The notes beneath the pieces are model-generated. The model searched no databases, was not told the origin of the DNA, and worked only from the letters and a program-made list of their open reading frames with translations. A stretch of DNA of 64,000 nucleotides. Source: Camelus ferus. Taxonomy: Eukaryota. The translations under genes were made by a program, and so were the position numbers. Below, piece after piece: positions 54,958 through 64,000 of the stretch (position 1 is the stretch's first letter; every line of letters starts with the position of its first letter). Where the stretch lies: the NCBI RefSeq assembly GCF_009834535.1, contig NC_045697.1:63118001-63182000 (forward strand), in the 5' to 3' direction.

Positions 54958-55860
54958 TCTAGGGAGAGGTGAAATGGGGAAATGTTTAATGGGTATAGAA
55001 TTTCAGTTTCTGTGAGATGAAAAGAGTTCTGGAGATTCAACAGTGTGAATGTACTTAATACCACTGAACTGTACACTCACAATGAGATGTCACATCATGC
55101 CTGTTAGAATGGCTATTATCAAAAGGCAACAAATAGCAACTGCTGGTGAGAATGTTAAAAGCAGGGAACTCTCATGCATTGTTGGTGGAAATGTAAATTG
55201 GTGCAGCCACTATGGAAGATGGTACGGAGATTCCTCAAAAAATTAAGAATAGAACTACCATGTGATCCTGCTATCATACTTCTGAGTATTTATCCAAAGA
55301 ATAGGAAAACACTAATTCAAAAAGATATGCTCCTCTGTATTATTTACAGCATTATTTACAGTAGCCAAAATATGGAAATAATCCTAGTACTCATTGATGA
55401 ATCAGTGGATAAAATGTGGTATATATACAGCTGTATCAGCCATAAAAAAGATGAAATCTTGCCATTTGCGACATGATTGGGCCTTGAAGGAATATGCTAA
55501 GTGAGATAAGTCAGATGGAGAAAGACAAATACTATGTGATTTCACTCGTATATGGAATATAAAAAAATAAACTAAATAAATAAATAAATGAACAAATAAA
55601 AACATACACATAGATACAGATATCAGAGTAGTGGTTACGAGAGGGGAAGGGGAGCTGGGGAGGGTGAAATGGCAAAAAGGGTCAACTTCATGGTGTTGGA
55701 TAGAAACTAAATTTTTGGTGGTGAGCACCCTGTAGTGTATACAGAAGTTGAAATATAATGTACACATGAAATTATAGAATGTTATAAACAAGTGTTACCT
55801 CAATTTAAAAATGTTTAATATGGCAAATTTTATGTTATATATTTTATTGCAATTAAAGTT
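54958..55860 (+). mobile_element. L1MB-like 3' UTR interrupted by a younger L1 (about 55085-55805)
   Basis: 'gtttaatgggtatagaatttcagtt...ccactgaactgtacact' resumes as 'aaaaatgtttaatatggcaaattttatgttat'; the nested L1 encodes [14 protein letters not shown] (ORF 55174-55476). Confidence 0.85.
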
Positions 55861-55984
55861 TTTTAATATAAATACATTTTTAAAAAACAATCAAACAAAA
55901 AATAAATGAAAGAATAAGGATAAATAAACTGTTGCATCAGCCAAGGCATGAGATGATAAGGACCCAGACTTCATTAAGCCACAC

Positions 55985-56400
55985 TACTTATTCATGGATC
56001 CAACTACCTGTCTATACATTCAATACATAGTCTGTTGAGAACCACTGATTTCTATGTAGTGTGCTGGATCAAACAAGGCTCACTGGTGTAGTGTGTGTGT
56101 TTATGGGTGGTGTGTAGTAAAGGGGGAACAGACTTATAAGGTAGAGATGATCATATATTGCTCTAAGTGATATGATAGAGTTATGTTTTGCCTTAAAGAC
56201 ATAAATCGGCATCATTAGGAAGGATTTTCTAGGAATGATACTTGATGGACAAAAAAATTACCCTGGTGGACAGACATATTGGAAGCAGCAGGATTATTAC
56301 ATATAAAACAGTACTGGGTAGTATTGCATTTTGCAGAACTAAATATGGTTCAATGTGTTTAGAATAAAGTGCACAGTCATTGAAGTAATAAGTCATGACA
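55985..56400 (-). mobile_element. L2 fragment
   Basis: 'cattcaatacatagtctgttgagaaccact...tagtgtgctgg', 'catcattaggaaggattttctaggaa'. Confidence 0.5.
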
Positions 56401-56492
56401 TTGGAAACAGGAGTATTCTTTAAAAGTATAAATAACAAATATGTTGCTCTGCACGCTTTTCTATCAGAAATATAACTTTGTTATTTTTCTTT

Positions 56493-57480
56493 TTTTAAAC
56501 ATTTTTTTATTGAGTAATAGTCATTTTACAATGTTGTGTCAAATTCCAGTGTAGAGCACAATTTTTGAGTTATACATGAACATACATATATTCATTGTCA
56601 CATTTGTTTTTTCACTGTGAGCTACCACAAGATCTTGAATATATTTCTCTGTGCTATACAGTATAATTTTGTTTATCTAGTATACATTTAAAATCCAAGT
56701 CTGTCCCTTCCCACCCTCCGCCCCTTTGGCAACCACAAGTTTGCATTCTATGTCTGAGTCTGTTTCTGTTTTGTATTTATGTTCTTTTTTTTTTTTTTTT
56801 TTTTTTTTAGATTCCACATATGAGTGATCTCATATGGTATTTTTCTTTCTCTTTCTGGCTTACTTCACTTAGAATGACATTCTCCAGGAACATCCATGTT
56901 GCTACAAATGGCGTTATGTTGTCGGTTTGTGTGGCTGAATAGCATTCCATTGTATAAATATACCACATCTTCTTTATCCAGTTATCTGTTGATGGACATT
57001 TAGGCAGTTTCCATGTCTTGGGTATTGTAAATAGTGCTACTATGAACATTGGGGTGCAGGTGTCATTTTGAAGTAGGGTTCCTTCTGGATATATACCCAG
57101 GAGTGGGATTGCTGGGTCATATGGTAAGTCTGTTCCTAGTCTTTTGAGGAATCTCAATACTATTTTCCACAGTGGCTTTCTTTGCTTCCCTCTCCCACTC
57201 TTAATGATTTAGATGTCTTCTGTTACAATTTTGTGTTTATTCTATTTGGAATTCATGGTAGTTATCACTTTTCCAGTTATGAGTTTCTCATTTTTGTAGC
57301 AAGCTGCTTCTTTTCTATTTAGAGTAGACCTGTCAATATTTCTTTTAGCATGGGTTTAGTGTTGCTCAACTCTTTTAGTTTCTGCTTGTCTGTGAAGTTC
57401 TTTATCTCTTCTTCTATTCCAAAGATTACCCTTGCTGGATAGAGTATCCTAGGCTGCATCTTCTTTTAATGCAGGACTTC
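56493..57480 (-). mobile_element. Young L1 with the ORF1 end joined to the ORF2 tail; 14-bp TSD
   Basis: ORF 56807-57157(-) is an open ORF2p C-terminus; 57319-57460(-) encodes MQPRILYPARVIFGIEEEIKNFTDKQKLKELSNTKPMLKEILTGLL*, the ORF1p C-terminus; TSD tgttatttttcttt at 56479-56492 and 57481-57494. Confidence 0.92.
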
Positions 57481-57618
57481 TGTTATTTTTCTTTATAATT
57501 AGGTCATTTATTTTGTGGCTAATGGGTTTAAGAAATGTAATCAGGTCTGTATTTTTAAAAATGTGAAATAATGGCACAAATGAGGCATATTTTATTGAGA
57601 ACATTCATTCTCCCACTT

Positions 57619-58069
57619 TGATAGGAGATAATTCTCCATGGGTCTCTAATGTTTTTCCATGTCTTGTGAGCAAAGTCACTTTCTTTGTTACAGACTGTCT
57701 TTTCAAGGGTATTTATATAGAGAACAACCTTAAATGATATAGTGCCTCCCTTTGGAATTAAGGGCAGGCCTGTTTACTATCCTTTGCAAAATACTCAAGT
57801 TTTTAAGTTCAGGGTTACTCTCCTATAATGCAGCCCAATGCATGTGCAGATGTCACCTGGCCCCTTTTCCATTTTCCTGTTGGAATTCAGGCTCAGAACT
57901 GGCATAAGAAAATGCTAATCTTCTGGATATGGCCATAATTGTGAGTAATGAAGTTCTATGTCTCTGACAAGGAATCTTATGGCTTCCGTGAGCATCCACG
58001 AAACTGTGGCAGGCTGACTTGTTAGCTTCTAAGTAATGTAAAATCTTAAACCCTTAATAATTTTTGACA
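57619..58069 (+). mobile_element. 5' LTR (LTR40-like)
   Basis: TGATAGGAGATAATTCTCCATGGGTCTCT...TTTTTGACA; TG...CA termini. Confidence 0.85.
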
Positions 58070-58072
58070 ACT

Positions 58073-58091
58073 TGGACTATGAGGGTGAGAT
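58073..58091 (+). promoter_or_regulatory. Candidate primer-binding site, tRNA-Ser(GCT)-like
   Basis: TGGACTATGAGGGTGAGAT starts 3 nt after the LTR; hand alignment to TGGCGACGAGGATGGGAT gives 14/18 with one gap. Confidence 0.5.
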
Positions 58092-58824
58092 GCTGACAAA
58101 GACTTTATTTTTGGATGAGGATAACTAGGGTTGATGAACAGAATTTGAGGAAAGTCTACAAGAATTGGTAGCAAATGTGTTGACCAGATTATATGGCCAA
58201 CCAGGCAATAAATGGTCCTCTACTTCATTGTCTTTTTGTAAGGAGGAATTGGAAAGGTTGATATACAATGCTAATGAAGGTGACCAACTGGAGGATGAGA
58301 CACTGACCCCCAGAGTTCGAGATAAATTCTTTTATTTAGTCTTCTACCCAAGATAATTCCCCTAGCCTTCATAAGGACACCAGATGAGAACTTAAGAGGT
58401 GTTATGATAATAGGGAGCAAGTGCTAATCAATTAATGTGGACTCCTTAAAAAAAATTGCTGCTGTAAGAGTCAAGCCCAAGTCAGCCAAAAGAAACAGAT
58501 CTGTGGCCCTTACAGGTAAGTGATGTGACTGTGACTGTTAAAGGGTCTTTAAGTCTGACATAGGGTGGTTTAGTCATGACGATTCTGTCTCTTGATATTA
58601 TGGTTTGGAAATCTAGTTGATTCACAAGCCACTGCGACATCACTAAAAACTGAAAGTAGGTGAGAAGACTTGTTTAATGACATGGAGCCTTGCCCCAGCC
58701 TAAGTAGCTCTAAGGAGAAACATAGTATTACACGAGACCAAAGTCTCCCTGTTCCCAAGGGTTAACAAAGACCATACTGATCCATCTGAGTATGTTGAGG
58801 AACTTCAAGGAGGAAAGGTCTTCA

Positions 58825-59040
58825 ACTTTTATGGTTCTGTTGGCTATAGATATTCAAGTCACTTTCCTCCTCAGGGCTGTATGGTGTAGAGACACCAAAA
58901 TTCAATTGGTGGGATTTGGGAAAGGCTCTCGAAGAGCAAGGGAGCTAATGTGATCTTTTGGGCAAGACCATTTGGGAAAATCCAGTGTTCTGTTTTTGTT
59001 GCTGTCACATCTGAATATATAGTAGAAAACTGATTTGTTA
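58825..59040 (+). pseudogene. pro: Retroviral protease remnant
   Basis: TFMVLLAIDIQVTFL aligns with ERV-L-like TFxGLLDTGxxxTLIP; downstream PFGKIQCSVFVAVTSEYIV-(fs)-TDLL resembles PVVISPVPECIIGIDIL. Confidence 0.6.
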
Positions 59041-59282
59041 TATGCATGTCTTTCCGTGTCCTGTAAGTGCCAGGGAAAAGTTGCTCAATAATAGCTCATG
59101 TAGAAAAGTGCTCATCCCTTTGGGGTACTACAGCTCAATTATTCCTCTGAGCTAAAATTTCTAGAACTGATGATTTCGCCAATTAGAGGATCTGGCAAAG
59201 GGAGGCAGCCTCCGCCTGATTTTTTTGCTCCTTGGGGCTTTAGACTTGTTGCCTCCTAATAGGGTTACCAGGCACTCCTTTT

Positions 59283-59675
59283 TTTAATTCTTATTTTTTA
59301 TTGAATTGTAGTTGATTTACAATGTTAGTTTTATGTGTACAGCAAAGAGATCCAGTTATACATATATATATACATATTTTTTCAGATTCTTTTCCATTAC
59401 AGCTCATTACAAGAAACTGAATATAGTTCCCTGTGCTATACAGTAGGTCCTTGTTGTTTATCTATTTTATATATAGTAATGTGTATTTATTAATCCTAAA
59501 CTCCCAATCTGTCCCTCCTCATTCCCCTTCCCCCTGGTAACCACAGGTTGTTTTCTATGTCCATGAGTCTATTTATTGTTTGTAAATAAAATTTGTGTGT
59601 GTGTATATATGTGTGTATATGTATGTGTGTGTACACACACACACACACACACACATACACACACACATTTTTTAG
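59283..59675 (-). mobile_element. L1 3' UTR insertion with 14-bp TSD inside the ERV pol
   Basis: TSD caggcactcctttt at 59269-59282 and 59676-59689; CT|AAAA target on the minus strand; cetartiodactyl-type L1 3' end. Confidence 0.9.
59594..59667. repeat. (TG)n/(TA)n followed by (CA)n compound microsatellite
   Basis: Directly visible. Confidence 0.9.
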
Positions 59676-60164
59676 CAGGCACTCCTTTTAGAAAGCAGCT
59701 ATTAGATTGCTACTGAGCTCTTGTCAAAATTCAATGTCTGTCTCATGAAGGTCTTGTGATTCTTTGGCAGTCCCTCCAAACAAGGACTGAATTCAATAGT
59801 TTGAACTCTACTGTGGAACCAAAGCTTGCCAGCCACCTTGGAATCCACGTTAGAGGCACTGTCTACCTGTTCTCCTCCTCTGCGGAGGATTTATGATTAT
59901 TAAAAACACTTTTGTTTCAGGAGTGCCGTATGTGGCCCTGGTACTATACTTCTTTTTATAGAGGTAAGGAATTATTTCTCTTCTGAAAACACATGCATTA
60001 TAGGGGTGGTCATAATTGACCATCAAATATTTAAGGAGACACAACCAGTAGATCGTGTAGCCCTCAGATGGCTGTAGAGATTGCTCCAAAATTAGATTGC
60101 CTGTGGCTACTGAGAGTTTTTTCAAGGAGAATTAGGTGACTTGTTATAACTGTGCACTTCATGT

Positions 60165-60600
60165 GCAGTTATCCATACAATGGGGATCACCAGTTCAAGC
60201 AAAGGTCCAAATTCTTTCCCTGCCTTCAACGGCAATGATCCATGATGGGTCTTTGACTCGTGAAGGCATTCAGCTCAGTTTCAACTCACTGACCAGGGTA
60301 GCTATGCATGACAGATTTGCCCTGGACTTTCTCCTTGCCTGCTAAGGCTGAGTCTGTGCAATCTTTAATACTTCCTGCTATAGATGGGTTAATATCTTGG
60401 GTCAAGTGGAAATGTCAATACAGAAAGCAACCTGGCTTTTAAGGCAGTCCCTGATCAGTTGTAGGATTTTTTTCAGCTGTCTGGGTCTGTGACCCCGGGG
60501 GACATGATTGAGTTCAATTCTTGCAAGTCAGTCTCATATTGCTGACTCTTGTTAGTAGCATTAATTAAATACTATATGGGACAAATTGGATGGTTTTAGT
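60165..60600 (+). pseudogene. env: Envelope TM subunit remnant (gamma-type)
   Basis: In one frame: EGIQLSFNSLTRVAMHDRFALDFLLAC*G*VCAIFNTSCYRWVNILGQVE, i.e. heptad repeat, ISD-like motif and CX6C(C>Y); then a decayed membrane-proximal/hydrophobic segment. Confidence 0.85.
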
Positions 60601-60694
60601 CTCAGCCTCTGTCAGTCAAATTAATCAGAGCAGCCAACAGGATGTTGTAGTGATGGGAAATGTCTCCAAAAATTAAGACCTCATAGTTGGATAT

Positions 60695-61135
60695 TGTTAA
60701 GACACAATATTCTCTATGGAGCTCTCGTCCTTCTGTACCTCTTGCAAGCAGAGGCACTCACTCCCTTTGTGCCACAATATTTTTTTAAGGATTGTTTTAG
60801 TGGATAGACTTGGTGTCTTATTCCAAAACTAATGGTAGGTATGCTTACTGCTCATTATCAAAGATTTGCATCTAACCTGCACCTCCCAAATGGGGTTTGT
60901 CTCCTACAGTACAACCTAGTGCATGTACATGTATCACCTTGCTCTCTTTGTGCTAAGTTGTGGGAACTGGCGCTTAGGAAATCATCACCAAAAACAAGCT
61001 GGCACTCTGGCTATTGTTATTGGTGTGAGTAATAAAGTTTTTTGTGTCCAACACAAGAGTCTTATGTCTTCTAGCAATTGTGAACCTGTGGTGGACTAGC
61101 CTACAGATAGGCTAAAATCTTAGATACTTCACATA
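60695..61135 (+). mobile_element. 3' LTR (LTR40-like)
   Basis: TGTTAAGACACAATATTCTCTATGGAGCTCTC...; 'gtgagtaataaagttttttgtgtc' poly(A) signal region; followed by the TSD. Confidence 0.8.
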
Positions 61136-63011
61136 CACTTCTTCACAGACATTATGTTTACAGTTATAAAATTATATTGATGTATTGTTGAAGCTAATTT
61201 TCAAAGAGGGTTTATATCCTACTAATATTTATGACTAGGCAGTAAAATCTTATTTTTATTAAAATTTAGCTCCATAAAATGTTTTGCTCTCCAAAATCTG
61301 AACATGTGCCAAACTACCAGTCAACACTATACATTGCTGGTATAATTAGGTGAAAATGCTAGATAAATTGTAATCTGGGTAGCAGATTCCTAAATAATTT
61401 TAATGAAAAATGGACTGTATCAGGAACATATGAATACAAAAGAGCTGTGTCCAAGGAAAACATCAGTAGCACATAAAAATGTTAATTTGTTTAAAAAAAT
61501 TACATCTGAGAGATGGAATTAAACCAAATAACCAGAAAATTCATAGGAAGTAAATATTGCTAAAATTTTAATAATAGAACTTAAATTAGCCAACATGTGA
61601 ATATCATATTCTAAGGTATAGGAAACCCAATGTAACTCAATGTAATATTTCCTAATACACTGATAGTAACTGAGATGGGTGTTTTTACAGGGATTAATGA
61701 AATACACCAACAATTGTGGAAATTAATTGTGGATGGAAAATTTCCATATAAACTATTTGTAACTTTTTTTAATTATAAATATTTTTCATGAAAATAGGGT
61801 AAATAATAGAAATAGTATCATTATCTTTTTTTCTGTCACAGTTTTTCTTTCAACTCTAATTTCCCCTTTCCATTCAGCTCTGATTTCTTATCAGTGAATT
61901 CTGTTATACATTCATTCATTCATTCACTTGGCAAGTATTATTTAAATAAGTATTATTCATTGAGCTACACTGTTCAGGTATTTATGGTATTGTTTAGAAT
62001 TTCATAATTTCAAGTTTCTAGAAAATCCTACGTCTGCTGGCTTTGACAACTAAAACACATACCTGACTTGGTAACTGTAATTAATAATAATATTTAAAAA
62101 AACATTGTACAGTTTTCTTTTAGAATTTTACCCTAATAACAAATGTGAGCAGGACTGATTGTTTCCATTTGACAGAGGAAGAATCTAAATGGTTTAGAAG
62201 AAGTGTTCCAAAGCTAGGTTGCACAAATTAGAATTTTACAAAAAACTTGTGTTTCCTCTCACTGTGCTCTACATACAGTTGGCAGATGATAGAATGGATT
62301 AAAGTATGTCTAATTGCAATATAGTAATCTTTATATCTTAGTGGCTTTTGAAAATTACAATTTAAGGCTGTATCTGACTGAAACAGTATTGAGGACATAA
62401 GCTCATTTAATTCTAAACTCTGGGATATCCCAAATATACCTAAGATAATGTATCTTGATTTTGTAGCTTAGAATTGCAGAGTAAATCAAGAAATATTTTA
62501 GTGTGGAAAATTTGGACCTGCTTTCAGAGATAGTTGTCTAGGTTATTGTTATTACCAAAATAGTACATCATAGATTTGCAGAACACATTTGACTATTGCA
62601 ATAGAGACATGGATCCTTGTGCCAATTTCTATTCCTGAAGTCTCTCTATAAGGAAAAGTAGTAAATCCTATAATTTAAATATATAGTAACTTGGTTCTTG
62701 CCACATGTCTCAGTATTTATGGATATCATTTAAAATGTGCAAAGAAAAAAGAATAAGTAGAATTCATAAGATTTGAACCACAGTATAAAATACCCCTCAG
62801 GAAGTTGTACACGAAGTATTTTGCCAGTATGAGTGTCAATATTGCCAAGGATAAAAAGAGAGTAATAGAGACCTGCTAAAATAAATAAAATATAGGAACA
62901 CAAGACTGTTTCAGGTTTATTGCAGAGGAACAATCATTAGGGAATTACAAAACTTAAAGACAAAATTAGAAGAATGGGGGTATAGGAAATAAGAGTTAAA
63001 AAATGAGAATT

Positions 63012-63185
63012 TATTAGTTAGGATAGATTGGGCTATGGGGTGTTAAGAAATAAATCATGAAAAATCTGAATGGCTCAAACATAATACAAATTTATTTCTT
63101 GCTCACACAAAATTCAGCGTGGTTCTGGCAACTCTCCAGGACAGCCTTTCTTCATGTTATGACTCAGAGACTTGTTCCATTTTGT
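63012..63185 (-). mobile_element. MLT1 (J/K/L-like) LTR fragment
   Basis: 'tattagttaggatagattgggctatg...aatggctcaaaca...aatttatttcttgctcacac'. Confidence 0.7.
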
Positions 63186-63709
63186 ACTCCTCTTATAAAA
63201 ATAAGTACAATTAAATAAATCTTTCAGGTACTAATTTTTATTTAAAATGTAGTATTGTATTACTTAATTGTTGTCATTAATGATCTTTATGTTCAAGGCA
63301 CTCAATATGTTGTTACTATTTGTGTCTTCATAAAGATTTATATTAATTTTTGAATGTTTGCCTACTTATTATATGTGGAAAGATACATTTAGCTTCAATT
63401 GAAATTGCTTTTCCCACCCAGATACATTTGAATTCTTTAATTTTCATAACCATTCAAATTATTTTTTCTACTATTTTATTTTGGAATCTCTTTTGAAATG
63501 TGCTTGTATTGTATTTTCTGAAAATATTTTAACTAACTTCAAGTTTCCATTACTTAGATCTAGCCATGTGAGAAAAATTTGTCATTGTCCATTCCTTTAA
63601 AACTTTTAATTGACAACCATTCCCCATCTCCTTCATTTTCTAGGTGAGAATTAGAGTTTAATATATGATGGAGTGACTTCCTAAAGGTCAGACACTTAAT
63701 CAATGGCCA

Positions 63710-63885
63710 ATTCATTCAGGAAGTGAGAGATATTGTGCCCCCCTCTATGCTCCCAAAGAATTTATTGTTCAATAAGGGTAATAAATAATTAAAGAACTGA
63801 TTGTAATGCATGCAAAGTGCTAAAACAGAAATAAATATAAATGGTGTGAGAGCACAGAGGAAGGCACCTAGCTCAGCCCAAAGAG
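63710..63885 (-). mobile_element. L2 fragment
   Basis: 'aagtgctaaaacagaaataaatataaatggtgtgagagcacagaggaaggcacctagctcagcc' L2c-like. Confidence 0.6.
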
Positions 63886-64000
63886 TTGGACATTGATGGC
63901 TCACAGGACTGTTGGCCAAGCCATAGTCAACACAGCAGGAGCAGAGGAACTAACAGTGATAAAACTTGTGCCATTTGTGGGCAAGGATGTTGCCGACGAA

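Larger units (their letters stand above)
59186..59740 (+). pseudogene. pol: ERV-L-type pol remnant (tether/RNase H-like region), split by an L1
   Basis: IWQREAASA...LGL*...TPFRKQLLDCY*ALVKI versus ERV-L LWQ...PLGFW...SPFEKQLLACYWALVET. Confidence 0.75.
57619..61135 (+). mobile_element. Decayed, internally deleted endogenous retrovirus (LTR40/HERVL40-like, class III)
   Basis: Two related LTRs (57619-58069, 60695-61135); 5-bp TSD cactt at 57614-57618 and 61136-61140; PBS candidate; pro, pol and env remnants in the correct order. Confidence 0.85.

Noticed and set aside
58165..58356. gag ORF of the provirus
   Set aside because: The position fits, but I see no diagnostic capsid or zinc-knuckle motif, so it is not called.
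1..64000. ORF-track entries as host genes
   Set aside because: All are under 130 aa. The recognisable ones are L1 ORF1/ORF2 (sense or antisense) or ERV env; the rest have low-complexity, AT-driven composition and form no consistent exon chain.

Overview
AT-rich, CpG-poor mammalian genomic DNA, intronic or intergenic. It is most likely camelid, because of a Vic-1-like tRNA-derived SINE at about 22063 and cetartiodactyl-type young L1 3' ends; I recognised no Alu, B1, BovB or Can-SINE. I cannot support any host protein-coding gene, RNA gene or CpG island, and nearly all ORF-track hits are L1/ERV fragments or chance ORFs. The window is a layered set of transposon fossils: L2, MIR, MaLR LTRs, MER20, MER2B-like, Charlie1, HAL1-like, old L1M and young L1. 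The best-supported complex element is a decayed LTR-to-LTR provirus at 57619-61135. It has a 5-bp TSD (CACTT), LTR40-like LTRs, a candidate tRNA-Ser PBS, class III (ERV-L-like) pro/pol remnants and a gamma-type env TM remnant. Other oddities are an L1 insertion with the ORF1 end fused to the ORF2 tail inside one TSD pair (56493-57480), two apparent foreign-DNA captures in or between L1 pieces (29138-29424, about 40190-40309), inverted L1s, and two tiny L1 insertions with long TSDs. Repeat family names come from my memory of consensus sequences and need RepeatMasker/Dfam confirmation; boundaries of old repeats are approximate. I see no evidence for a wholly new biological system.
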